From the IMG/VR virus record IMGVR_UViG_3300046516_001816, positions 186,001-250,000 of that record: a DNA stretch of 64,000 nucleotides. One strand, written 5' to 3'. Positions 19,408 through 28,399 of this stretch are shown here, one piece after another. Both the position numbers and the translations under genes were made by a program. Each line of letters starts with the position of its first letter. The stretch's first letter is position 1. The notes beneath the pieces are model-generated. The model was not told the origin of the DNA, did not search any database, and was given only the letters and a program-made list of their open reading frames with translations.

Positions 19408-20652
19408 ATGACGACGCAACTCACTCCCGCATATAACCCCAACCTGGCTGTGATCCGCACGATGGTGCGCTCGGCCTACGATATGCAGGATCTGCGCATT
19501 CAGATGGGCAACCGTGTGACGGCTAGCTTCAAGGCCAAGCTCGGATTGCGTCAAGACGGCATGAGCGAGAAAGAGCTCGAGAAGCAAGAGAAGGGCATCC
19601 TCGATCAGCTGCGCGTGTCCTATCGTCGTATCACCGACGGCGTCGTGGCCGAACACGGCGAAGACATCAAAGCCGGCAAGCTCCCCACGGAACGCAAGTT
19701 CCAGGGCGACCAGTTGATTAGCCACTACAGCGAACTGCTGCTGGTGGATAACTACATGGCGACGCTCGCCAACGAACAACATCACTTCAAGGATATGGAA
19801 AAGATCCTGAAGAAGATCCCCATCTACACGGAATTCCTTACCGGTATCCGCGGCGTCGGTCCTGCCATGGCCGGCATCATCATTTCCGAAATCGACATTC
19901 ATAAAGCCGAATACCCGTCAAGCCTGTGGAAGCTCGCAGGGCTGGACGTGGTGTATATCGGGAAGTACACCGACGGCGAAGGCAAAGAGAAGACAATCCG
20001 CGGCTGGGACGTCGACTCGTGGTTCAATGACCCGGCCAACGAAGGCAAACAGTATCTGGCTGAAGGCAAGTACCCGGTGACCTACGAGGCCGTCGGCCGC
20101 TCGCGCAAGGACTTCTGTTTGGTGAAGAAGGAGTACATCAATAAAGAAGGGGAAGCCGCGCAACGTGACTCGATTACGTTCAACCCGTTTCTGAAGACGA
20201 AACTGGTGGGCGTGTTGGGCACGTCGTTTCTGCGGGCCGGCATTGCCAATGTCGATGGCAAGAAGTGCGGCGGGGCATCGCGGTTGGAACTCGCGAAGGA
20301 AGAAGGGTTCAATCCGAAGGACTACCCGGAGATGGAAGAGGACCAGGCCGTGATCGTCTATCTGCGTGCGAAGGGTCATGACGTTGTGGTGGAGCCCAGC
20401 AAGTACGCCGTGATGTATGCGGATTACAAGAACCGCCTGAACAACAACCCGAAGCACCGGGACAAAACCGCGCTGCACAAACACAACATGGCCATGCGCT
20501 TTATGGTCAAGCGTTTCTTGGTGGATCTGTACAACGCATGGCGGCGTCTGGAAGGCCTGGTGGTCGCCCCCGAGTACTCGGAAGGTGTGCTGGGTAAGGT
20601 GCACGGTCAAGCGAAGGAAGCCGGCTGGCAGCATCCGCGCTTCTCGCTGTAA
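19408..20652 (+). CDS. tasA: TasA-like Nop-domain RNA-binding protein (IS110/Nop superfamily, no nuclease domain)
   Basis: Coiled coil IRTMVRSAYDMQDLRIQMGNR; FLTGIRGVGPAMAGIIISEI; SSLWKLAGL; NPFLKTKL; C-terminal HKHNMAMRFMVKRFLVDLYNAWRRLEGL; no RuvC or HNH; directly downstream of the array. Confidence 0.85.
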   Translation: MTTQLTPAYNPNLAVIRTMVRSAYDMQDLRIQMGNRVTASFKAKLGLRQDGMSEKELEKQEKGILDQLRVSYRRITDGVVAEHGEDIKAGKLPTERKFQGDQLISHYSELLLVDNYMATLANEQHHFKDMEKILKKIPIYTEFLTGIRGVGPAMAGIIISEIDIHKAEYPSSLWKLAGLDVVYIGKYTDGEGKEKTIRGWDVDSWFNDPANEGKQYLAEGKYPVTYEAVGRSRKDFCLVKKEYINKEGEAAQRDSITFNPFLKTKLVGVLGTSFLRAGIANVDGKKCGGASRLELAKEEGFNPKDYPEMEEDQAVIVYLRAKGHDVVVEPSKYAVMYADYKNRLNNNPKHRDKTALHKHNMAMRFMVKRFLVDLYNAWRRLEGLVVAPEYSEGVLGKVHGQAKEAGWQHPRFSL

Positions 20653-20658
20653 GCGAAT

Positions 20659-20678
20659 GGGGAGCTTCGGCTCCCCTT
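20659..20678 (+). terminator. Terminator hairpin after tasA
   Basis: GGGGAGC-TTCG-GCTCCCC-TT. Confidence 0.7.
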
Positions 20679-20703
20679 AACAAATCAAAACCAAGGAGCG
20701 GTC

Positions 20704-21051
20704 GTGGAATTCAGACAGATCAAAACGCCACAGCAGTTAAAGCTGTGGATCGACGAGCACGTTCAGGATCCGAGGGTACATGCGACGGCCATGAACGATA
20801 TGCGCATGATCGCCCAGCATCTGATGGACGGCTCGCACGAATCATGCCGGGTGCGCGTAGGCGTCGAACTGCATCAGGATCCGGACGGTAAGTGTTATCA
20901 CCTGATGGGGTTCTACCTGATGCATCCCAGTGGCGACATCCGCAAGCGCGCGGGCGAATTTGTTTTTGAGATGACCGCCGATGGGCAAACCTGCATTGGG
21001 GTCTGGGCCCCCGTGCATCCGATTGACTGGCACCGGATTACGTGGCAATGA
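20704..21051 (+). CDS. Hypothetical protein
   Basis: AAACCAAGGAG leader; GTG start. Confidence 0.65.
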   Translation: MEFRQIKTPQQLKLWIDEHVQDPRVHATAMNDMRMIAQHLMDGSHESCRVRVGVELHQDPDGKCYHLMGFYLMHPSGDIRKRAGEFVFEMTADGQTCIGVWAPVHPIDWHRITWQ

Positions 21052-21260
21052 GCTACTGGATCCCGCCGGATGAAGACTGGGTTCGGTCAATGGTTGAGAT
21101 CGCGATGATCGGTTATAAGCCACCCGAGATTACCGCCGAGATGATCGGCGCGTATTCAGGCGCGCCGTCGACTGAACCGTGCAATTACAACAACCCCCAT
21201 TGCCTCACCGCAGAACAACTGGGTATAACCAAGGAAACGAATCATGGCACAAGCAATTAA
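21042..21260 (+). CDS. Small hypothetical protein
   Basis: Coupled ORF. Confidence 0.5.
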   Translation: MAMSYWIPPDEDWVRSMVEIAMIGYKPPEITAEMIGAYSGAPSTEPCNYNNPHCLTAEQLGITKETNHGTSN

Positions 21261-21555
21261 AGTCGAAGGTGAAGTCGATCCGATGAAGCACCTGGGTCAG
21301 ACGCTCTGGTGCGTGTACGGGTTTCAGCACATTCCGTTTCTGATCAACTTCAAGCTGGCCACCAAAGTGATCAACGGTCAGACGATCGTCGAGCTGCATC
21401 ATCGTCCCAAAAATGCAGCGGACTTCGTGTCGCTTGGTCGCACGCTCGATATCTGGCGCCAGAATAACGCGGCGTCCAGTCACAACCTCGAGCACTGGTT
21501 CATCGACAAAGCGATCGCTGAACAGTTCCTCGCGGACCTGGTGAAGGGTATCTAG
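21244..21555 (+). CDS. Hypothetical protein
   Basis: AACCAAGGA leader. Confidence 0.7.
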   Translation: MAQAIKVEGEVDPMKHLGQTLWCVYGFQHIPFLINFKLATKVINGQTIVELHHRPKNAADFVSLGRTLDIWRQNNAASSHNLEHWFIDKAIAEQFLADLVKGI

Positions 21556-21756
21556 ATGAAACAAACTCAGATTGAGGGCAGCATCGGGAAAGCCGTAGTG
21601 GTCAATGGATCCAGGGATATCGGTATCGATCCTGACATCCGGCGCATCGTTGGCAAAGACAGCACGCTCATCAAGCAATGCAAAAGCGGACTGCTGCAAG
21701 TCGACTGCGAGGGGAAGCTTTTCTCGGTTCCGCTAAGCAATGTCGATCTGAAGTGA
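21556..21756 (+). CDS. Small hypothetical protein
   Basis: TAGATG coupling; SH3-like composition. Confidence 0.55.
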   Translation: MKQTQIEGSIGKAVVVNGSRDIGIDPDIRRIVGKDSTLIKQCKSGLLQVDCEGKLFSVPLSNVDLK

Positions 21757-21801
21757 CGGCATAAAGGCCAAGGGGTTACGGCCCCTTGGCTGAAACCCTA
21801 G

Positions 21802-22623
21802 TTACAGGTCAGAAAGAATCACCCAGAAGTCATCGGCGAGTTCCGGATTCAGCATGTACTGATAGGGCAGCCAGAAGCAGCCCGGGTTCGCGGGATCGCC
21901 CCACTGGTCGCCCCACGAATTCCGCACGAGGAAGCATTGCTTCGCATTGTCGTAACCGACGACGAGTACCGCGTGACCGCCCAGACAGTTTTCATACTGC
22001 GTGGGCATCGGCACGAAACCCGTGCGCGCGACTTCATCCGATTCGAAGGCATCGAAAATCTGGATGCCGACGATGATCGGACGATTGAACACCGCGAGCA
22101 CGTGTTGGAAAGCTTCCAGCGTTTGCGGCACCGCCTGGTACTGCAACGCCTTGTGGTTCAGCCCTTCGGCGTAGGATTCGACCGTAGGCTTGACCTTGAA
22201 GTGTTCCGTGTCGTCGCTGTACGGCCACGTGCTCTCCAACGGTGCACCGAACTTTGCGGCGACTTTGACGACGTCACGGATTTCACCGCCTGCGTCTTGA
22301 TCGACGTCACCTTCGAGGTCACGTTCGTTGTAGTAGAGGAACAGGCGCGACAGTGCTTGCGCGACGTTCGTACCCGTCTGAATGTTTTCTTCGTATTCCA
22401 GTGCACCGGCTGTGGCGTTCGCCGTGCACGAACCGAGCTGTCCCTGGTCTTTCACCGGCGAGCAATGCGCCGTGAGGTTCACCGAAGCCGGGATGGCTGC
22501 CGCGCCGAAGGTCAGATGGCCGTGGTACACATGGTCACGACTGTCGGCGGTTTTCTTTTTACGCTTATAAACGCGCGTGACCACCTTCTTTTGGGGTTCG
22601 GCGTGGTGTGGGGTATGCTGCAT
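21802..22623 (-). CDS. Papain-like C1A cysteine peptidase
   Basis: VKDQGQLGSCTANA (catalytic Cys), GGHAVLVVGYD (His), RNSWG (Asn). Confidence 0.92.
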   Translation of the reverse strand: MQHTPHHAEPQKKVVTRVYKRKKKTADSRDHVYHGHLTFGAAAIPASVNLTAHCSPVKDQGQLGSCTANATAGALEYEENIQTGTNVAQALSRLFLYYNERDLEGDVDQDAGGEIRDVVKVAAKFGAPLESTWPYSDDTEHFKVKPTVESYAEGLNHKALQYQAVPQTLEAFQHVLAVFNRPIIVGIQIFDAFESDEVARTGFVPMPTQYENCLGGHAVLVVGYDNAKQCFLVRNSWGDQWGDPANPGCFWLPYQYMLNPELADDFWVILSDL

Positions 22624-22689
22624 GAAGACCTCTGAATCAAGTAAGAGGAACGGTAGGGCTCTACCATAGCATTTCTAATTATTCTAATC

Positions 22690-22854
22690 ATGGATCTTGC
22701 TTTTTACGCCTTTTGCAACATGATGGGCTGGCTGTTTTGGTTTGTCGAGAAACTGGTGTTCTGTTATTTCGTCGTCCTGGTGATGACAGTGTTCTGCATT
22801 GTGATAGGCCTGGTCGGACTGGGCATTGTCATTACCCGTTGGATCTTTACTTAA
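22690..22854 (+). CDS. Small hydrophobic membrane protein (54 aa), not in the ORF track
   Basis: Read manually: MDLAFYAFCNMMGWLFWFVEKLVFCYFVVLVMTVFCIVIGLVGLGIVITRWIFT. Confidence 0.45.
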   Translation: MDLAFYAFCNMMGWLFWFVEKLVFCYFVVLVMTVFCIVIGLVGLGIVITRWIFT

Positions 22855-22878
22855 CTAACATAAACCAAGGAAACGAAC

Positions 22879-23493
22879 ATGGCTGCAATGAGTGGTACAT
22901 TCGCATCGTGGCTGTACAACAATCGCCCTTACTCCACGGAAGGCGCACTGGGCTTCGTGGTGGGCAAGTCTTATCTGCGACGCGACGGCAAGCTAGTGAA
23001 GATCGTGGCGATCAATGACCGGGGCGACTGTGTGCAGGGCGATGACGCCGAGTGCACGAATCTCGGCTGGCGCTATAACCGCCCGGGCGACATGGGGCGA
23101 TGCACGGGAGCGATGGTGGACGACCCCATGAACCTGATGCCAGACTTTCCTGTCGGTCATCCGAACGCCGCCTGCGAAGGCTTCCGGATCGAGGTCTGCA
23201 TGATGGGGGCGAACAAAACTCCTGAGCAGCGTGCCCTCTTTCGTGAACTCCTCGATATTCGCTACAAGCTCGACGAGCTCAAAGCGTTTGCCAAGGAACA
23301 CGACGAATGGAAACAGGCGTGGGAGCACGTGTTCAGTCACGACATTGAAAAACGTGTCAAAAACATCTGTCTGGACCTGGGGCTCTGCTTTCACTGGGAC
23401 GATCCGGACTCCACCCACAAGCGCGATGTCGAAGCCTACGACTGGGCGTTTAACTGCTTTATCGAAGACCATCGGCCGTTCTACGCCGCTTAA
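22879..23493 (+). CDS. Hypothetical protein
   Basis: TAAACCAAGGA leader. Confidence 0.7.
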   Translation: MAAMSGTFASWLYNNRPYSTEGALGFVVGKSYLRRDGKLVKIVAINDRGDCVQGDDAECTNLGWRYNRPGDMGRCTGAMVDDPMNLMPDFPVGHPNAACEGFRIEVCMMGANKTPEQRALFRELLDIRYKLDELKAFAKEHDEWKQAWEHVFSHDIEKRVKNICLDLGLCFHWDDPDSTHKRDVEAYDWAFNCFIEDHRPFYAA

Positions 23494-23518
23494 ATAACTC
23501 ACAACCAAGGAAAACCAA

Positions 23519-24070
23519 ATGAGCATCATTCGCGCTAAACACTGGGATCTGAACGACAGCACGCACGAGGTCATTATGGACATCTGTGAGCGTGCACAGA
23601 TCCATGACCTACCCAGCATCGGTATGTTCGAGACCACCAAAGACATGTTCATGGACGAGCTGCCGATTACGACGATCTGCATGGCGCCGGAGAACTTCCA
23701 TCTGGTCGTGTTGATGTCCAAGGACCAGTCGAACGGCTCGGTGATGATCTATGATCTCAAGCACGAAAAAGGTCAGCCGAAAGCGGAGTTCAGGCGATTT
23801 CTGCATATCAGCTACACGGATGGCAATGCCTCGCTCTCGCGGATCTCGATGATCGTCGCCGGCTTCTGTTTCTATCACCGTAACTGGTTTGTCGCGCCTA
23901 CCCGGGAATTGGCCGACGAGAAAGTCGAGAACTTTGCCCGTGTCTACTGGCCGGGTTTTACGGATGAAATGCTGGACTTCATCCACGGCCTGAATATGGC
24001 ACTGGCCGCCATGGGACCCGATGGTCTCAAGGCCGAGATCACCCACAACAAGCTGATCTTCAGCAAATAA
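23519..24070 (+). CDS. Hypothetical protein
   Basis: AACCAAGGA leader. Confidence 0.7.
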   Translation: MSIIRAKHWDLNDSTHEVIMDICERAQIHDLPSIGMFETTKDMFMDELPITTICMAPENFHLVVLMSKDQSNGSVMIYDLKHEKGQPKAEFRRFLHISYTDGNASLSRISMIVAGFCFYHRNWFVAPTRELADEKVENFARVYWPGFTDEMLDFIHGLNMALAAMGPDGLKAEITHNKLIFSK

Positions 24071-24085
24071 ACCAAGGAAACGAAC

Positions 24086-24322
24086 ATGGCAGAAAACCAA
24101 GCACCCGAATTCACCGCCTACGCCATCGGCATGGTAACGGCCAGCGTCTGTACGTCGTTGCCGCCGGAAGAAATCCCGGCCCGCATGAACATGCTGCATC
24201 CCACGGGCATCCGATCGCAGTGGGCATTGGGCGAAGAGTCGCACTTCCAGGGCGGTGAACCCAACCCGTGCGTCTGTCACGATCATCCGGACACCCACAA
24301 GCACTATCTACTCCACTGCTAA
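24086..24322 (+). CDS. Small Cys/His-rich phage protein
   Basis: TAAACCAAGGA leader; HPTGI..W, NPC.C and HYLLHC motifs. Confidence 0.7.
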   Translation: MAENQAPEFTAYAIGMVTASVCTSLPPEEIPARMNMLHPTGIRSQWALGEESHFQGGEPNPCVCHDHPDTHKHYLLHC

Positions 24323-24333
24323 AGGAGTCGGCT

Positions 24334-24843
24334 ATGTTCAGCAAAGAGAAACTGGAGGCGGAGTTCGGCAGCGAAACCGCGCTCGGCATTCAATATGTCG
24401 ATTCACAGAACCGCGTCTGGTCGCCTAAAGAACTGGATACGTATTTTGATGAACATGGTCAGGTGCCGCCCTGGTCGATGGAGTCGGAGTTCCCGGACGG
24501 CAGTGACGCGGTGCGCTGTACGCATTACGCGATTCAGGTCATGCGCAAGTATCCGGACCAGACGCTAATCCTCGGCTTCAAAAACGAGGACAACCCGAAC
24601 TGCGAGTTTGCGCAGAAGCAACTCCATCCGGGCGGGCATGACTTTGCCGTGATTGAAGATCGCTGGCTGGTTGATCCCTGGGTGAAACTGGTACGCGCGG
24701 CGTACCAGCAAGTCGTCTACGATCTGCTGGATCCGGTGGACTTTACGCTGGTGCGCGAGCGCTACGGTCGCCGGGATGACTGGAAGCTCATGCAGTACAG
24801 CGCCGAAGACTTTAAAACTAAACCAAGGAAACCAAGATGCTGA
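24334..24843 (+). CDS. Hypothetical protein
   Basis: AAGGAG RBS; C..YA, GGHDFAV..DRW.VDPW pattern. Confidence 0.65.
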   Translation: MFSKEKLEAEFGSETALGIQYVDSQNRVWSPKELDTYFDEHGQVPPWSMESEFPDGSDAVRCTHYAIQVMRKYPDQTLILGFKNEDNPNCEFAQKQLHPGGHDFAVIEDRWLVDPWVKLVRAAYQQVVYDLLDPVDFTLVRERYGRRDDWKLMQYSAEDFKTKPRKPRC

Positions 24844-25196
24844 GCAAGCAAGTGAAGTGGCGTCGCCGCGTGAATCGGGAGTTGCGCAAGCAGCCAGCCT
24901 GGAAGACCTGCATGCAGGCGCTCAAGCGGCAGGAGCTCACGCGCTTGAGGTGGCATCATAACTCCACCTACGGAGCGCTTGTCACGCCGGGTAAGTGGGC
25001 GGAGGCCCAGCCGATCACCACGCGCTACTACAGCGAGGCGTTGAAGCTGAAAGACCAGATGAAAGCCATGTCGCGCTTGGAGTTTTACAAAGAGCTTGAA
25101 ACCCAGCACCGCCATTTGCATCCTGGCACAATGCGTCCGTGGGCGCGCATAGTCATCGAGACCAAGCTGGAACTGCGCGACGAAATGAAACGCTAA
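24837..25196 (+). CDS. Basic hypothetical protein
   Basis: TAAACCAAGGA leader; Arg-rich N-terminus. Confidence 0.65.
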   Translation: MLSKQVKWRRRVNRELRKQPAWKTCMQALKRQELTRLRWHHNSTYGALVTPGKWAEAQPITTRYYSEALKLKDQMKAMSRLEFYKELETQHRHLHPGTMRPWARIVIETKLELRDEMKR

Positions 25197-25258
25197 CGAC
25201 GGGGCGGGCTTCGGCCTGCCCTTTATGCCGTCACTTTAATAATTAGGAAACCAGAACG

Positions 25259-25696
25259 ATGGGACCACGAACCACCCTGCTCTACCTCGCCCTGTCCCTC
25301 ACTGTAGTTACCGCACCGTGCCGTGCGGATTGCTTTGACACCGCTGCCAAAGCGCAGCACGTCAGCCCCCGTTGGCTTCGTGGTATCGCCCGGGTCGAGA
25401 GTCAGAACAATCCTCACGCAATCCACCGTAATAAGAATGGCACGGTGGACTACGGCATGATGCAAATCAACTCCGTGCACCTGCGGGAGTTGAAGCGCCA
25501 AGGCATTAAAAAACGCGACCTGATGAACGCCTGCAAGAACATCTCGGTGGCCGCTGGTATGCTGCATCAGAAGGTTAGCAAGTATGGTCCAACCTGGAAA
25601 GCCGTGGGTGCGTATCACTCTGAAACGCCACGAGAGCGTAACCAGTATGCCCGTAAGGTCCAGCAAGAAATCCTTCATCTGGCATCAGCAGATTAA
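25259..25696 (+). CDS. Lytic transglycosylase (SLT domain), secreted
   Basis: Signal peptide; IARVES catalytic Glu; DYGMMQINS; AVGAYHS. Confidence 0.9.
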   Translation: MGPRTTLLYLALSLTVVTAPCRADCFDTAAKAQHVSPRWLRGIARVESQNNPHAIHRNKNGTVDYGMMQINSVHLRELKRQGIKKRDLMNACKNISVAAGMLHQKVSKYGPTWKAVGAYHSETPRERNQYARKVQQEILHLASAD

Positions 25697-25781
25697 TGGT
25701 ATAGCGAGGAGAGCGACCGGTCGCTCTCCTCGTCGTACTCATGGTACTTCTTTTTTTTCCCTTTGCAAAGGTTGAATCCAC

Positions 25782-26138
25782 ATGACCGTTACCGCAGTGA
25801 CGACGCCGAGCGTCGACCAGCAAGTGCAGCTGATGTCCGCTGACGCTCCGCTGGCAGCAATTATCGTGAACATCTGGGAAGATGGCAAGGTCGACATCGT
25901 GGTCAATGACCACTCGGTCCCCGAATCCTTCCAGGTCAAGCGCCTCACGTACGTGCCGTATGGCGTGACGTTCACGCCCCCGACCGATCCGGTCACGGGC
26001 CAAGTCATCGATCGTCGCTACGCGCGCCAGCTTCAAACGGGCGATGGCCTGCCGGCTGCGGCAATCCTCGACACCGAACCCACCATCGGCGGCGACGACG
26101 CCAACGGCGGTCCGGGTACGGAGCCGCTGGAGAGCTGA
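25782..26138 (+). CDS. Hypothetical protein
   Basis: PxVDQQV...AAIIVNIW..G.VDIVV pattern. Confidence 0.65.
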   Translation: MTVTAVTTPSVDQQVQLMSADAPLAAIIVNIWEDGKVDIVVNDHSVPESFQVKRLTYVPYGVTFTPPTDPVTGQVIDRRYARQLQTGDGLPAAAILDTEPTIGGDDANGGPGTEPLES

Positions 26139-26284
26139 TCTCCTTTTGTGAAGACGAAGACGCCACATTTGAAGCCAGGGCTTGCGGGCCCTGGTCTTTT
26201 TTGCCGTCTTTAGGTACAACGAACTAAAAAAGAGTAGAACTGATGAGAACCTGACCCTTTCCTCTTTTTTTGTTTGGTGCAATC

Positions 26285-26590
26285 ATGGGTATTCGCTTAG
26301 GCACGAAGATTTACCAGAGCCGTCCCGGCATGTTGATGTTTGAATGCCCGGGGTGTGACAACATTCATCCGGTCTATATCGACCGGTCGTATGCGTCCAG
26401 CGGCGTGGTACAACAATGGGCATATAACAACAATCCCAATAAACCAACATTTAGTCCTTCCATTGACATCTTCCGCGATAACCCGGCATTGCGATGCCAC
26501 TCTTTCGTCACCGATGGCAAGATCATGTTCCTGCCGGACTCGCACCATCACCTCAAAGGCTGTACGGTCGAGTTGCCGGATTGGGATTGA
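26285..26590 (+). CDS. DUF6527-like zinc-binding protein
   Basis: FECPGC..H, W.YN.N..KPTFSPSI, CHSFVTDGKI, DSHH..KG. Confidence 0.7.
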   Translation: MGIRLGTKIYQSRPGMLMFECPGCDNIHPVYIDRSYASSGVVQQWAYNNNPNKPTFSPSIDIFRDNPALRCHSFVTDGKIMFLPDSHHHLKGCTVELPDWD

Positions 26591-26667
26591 AAATAAAAAA
26601 AGCTCGAGCAGAAGCATCTTCTGAGCTCTAATCACACACGAACTAGACACTCATAACGAGGACGACC

Positions 26668-26961
26668 ATGAACACACCCCGCCTGTATCAGGTCAGTGAC
26701 CTGGTGAAGCAAACGCAAGAAGTCTCAGAACTCCATCCCGAAGCGGGCTGGATTCCGTGTCGACCGCTGGGCTGGCAAGGCATCGCGCTGCGCCAACGGT
26801 TGAAAGCTGCCTGGGGTGTGTTCACGGGTCGCTATGACGCGGTGACGTGGGTGCCGACGCTGCGTCAAGTCGGCGCGGCGCAGGCGCGCAAGTTAGTACC
26901 GGATCAGGAAGAAGACGCGGCGGCCGCCGCACTCTTGGCGGCTTCGACATCCTTTAACTAA
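26668..26961 (+). CDS. Small conserved-type phage protein
   Basis: GAGG RBS; WIP.RP.G...RLKAAWGVFTG.YDA.TW motif. Confidence 0.65.
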   Translation: MNTPRLYQVSDLVKQTQEVSELHPEAGWIPCRPLGWQGIALRQRLKAAWGVFTGRYDAVTWVPTLRQVGAAQARKLVPDQEEDAAAAALLAASTSFN

Positions 26962-26969
26962 GGAGACGT

Positions 26970-27311
26970 ATGGATGCCCCGGAGTTGGATCAGCATACAC
27001 GGGATCAGATCGATGCAGCAGAAGACCTGGCTGGCAATTACGATGATGATGACCGTGACGACATTAAGACGGACGTGATCAACGCGTTCTATCGGGGCAT
27101 CGCTTGGCAACAAGCCCGTGAGAAACAGCGCCTAGTCCGATTGCGAGAGGACTCGGCACCGCTTTTAAATCAACTGAAACAAACCCGAGCTGAACTAGCT
27201 GAGACCAAAGGCCTCGCCCCCGACATCCGCGTGATGATGATGGGCGTCGTGCTACTGCTCACGGTGGCGGAAACTCTTTTACGCTGGTTCACGGACGAAC
27301 CGAAACCATGA
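26970..27311 (+). CDS. Hypothetical protein with a C-terminal TM helix
   Basis: AAGGAG RBS; VMMMGVVLLLTVAETLL. Confidence 0.65.
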   Translation: MDAPELDQHTRDQIDAAEDLAGNYDDDDRDDIKTDVINAFYRGIAWQQAREKQRLVRLREDSAPLLNQLKQTRAELAETKGLAPDIRVMMMGVVLLLTVAETLLRWFTDEPKP

Positions 27312-27550
27312 TTGTCAAGAACAATGCGCGCTGGCGGAAGGTTATCGCGATGGGCAAGCGCAGCCCTCGCATTGGCGCTAACGTGGGCACGATGTCGCGT
27401 GTCAATTACGACTGGCGCTGCAAAACCCTTCGTGTCGAATTCTGGCGAGTGAAAGCCACGCCCGGGATGATTGCGAAGTGGGCCAAGAAGGGGAAGCGAC
27501 CACCCCAGGCTGGCAAACGGTTCTGTCACATCAGTCCGGGTAAATACTAA
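27308..27550 (+). CDS. Small basic hypothetical protein
   Basis: Coupled ORF. Confidence 0.55.
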   Translation: MIVKNNARWRKVIAMGKRSPRIGANVGTMSRVNYDWRCKTLRVEFWRVKATPGMIAKWAKKGKRPPQAGKRFCHISPGKY

Positions 27551-27565
27551 TAAGGAAGAATAAAC

Positions 27566-28081
27566 GTGAACTACTACTGCGACTTCGAGTTTAACGGTTT
27601 TCAAGGCCGGCCGATTTCGTTGGGATTGGTACGGGAGGACGGGGAAAGTCTTTACCTGCTGTACCCGAAGCTGTTCAAGTACACCAAGTGGGTCGATGAA
27701 AACGTGCTGCCGCATTTGCACTCGACGCCTGACGACGTTGCGATCTATCTGACCTGCTCGTCCGCGTCCATCGTCTCGACCAAGTACCCGCCGGTGGCGA
27801 CGTTCTTGGAGCAGTTCTTTGCGGGGGATCCGAACCCGCACGTAATTACCGATTGGCCGGATGACATCAAGTACCTGACTGAGGAACTTATCGTTGGCCC
27901 GGGCAAAATGATCAACATCCCCCGCATCTCCTTTGAAGTGATGCGCGTGGATGCATGGCCCAACACCATCCCGGAGGCTGTTCAACATAACGCCTATTGG
28001 GACGCCGTTGCTTTGAAAGAGAAAGTAATGGCGCTCAGGAGAACCAACAATGAGTCAAGTCATGGAGTCGGCCCAAGCTGA
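27566..28081 (+). CDS. DEDD 3'-5' exo(ribo)nuclease-like protein
   Basis: YYCDFEF...ISLGLV at the N-terminus; HNAYWDA at the C-terminus. Confidence 0.75.
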   Translation: MNYYCDFEFNGFQGRPISLGLVREDGESLYLLYPKLFKYTKWVDENVLPHLHSTPDDVAIYLTCSSASIVSTKYPPVATFLEQFFAGDPNPHVITDWPDDIKYLTEELIVGPGKMINIPRISFEVMRVDAWPNTIPEAVQHNAYWDAVALKEKVMALRRTNNESSHGVGPS

Positions 28082-28388
28082 TTACGTGTGTTTCTTGCAG
28101 AACATCTTTGCAGACGGCACACTCTCGCGCGGTGACACCCCCGAGCAACTGATACAGGCCCTGGAGCAGCACCCGGACTTTAAGAACCGTTTCAAAACGT
28201 TTCTGAGTCTGTCGCGTGAGATGCTCTCGGGGCTCACCCCGATTGAGGTGCTGTCGGGCCAGCGTGCTCGGGGGCTACCGCCGCCCGAGGCGACGTCGCA
28301 TAAACGGATTCTGGATCGCAAGATAGAGGAGCGCGTGATCAAGGTGATTTACGCGGCACGGGATTACTTCGACGGTACAGGCTTCTAG
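28050..28388 (+). CDS. Hypothetical protein
   Basis: AGGAG RBS; weakly similar to 28400-28744 (PEQL..../EVL.G). Confidence 0.6.
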   Translation: MSQVMESAQADYVCFLQNIFADGTLSRGDTPEQLIQALEQHPDFKNRFKTFLSLSREMLSGLTPIEVLSGQRARGLPPPEATSHKRILDRKIEERVIKVIYAARDYFDGTGF

Positions 28389-28399
28389 GAGCGAAGGCG

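Noticed and set aside
19408-20652. IS110/IS116 transposase (insertion sequence)
   Set aside because: It shares the Nop-like core but lacks the N-terminal DEDD RuvC domain and the catalytic serine motif, and it is paired with a guide array rather than IS ends.
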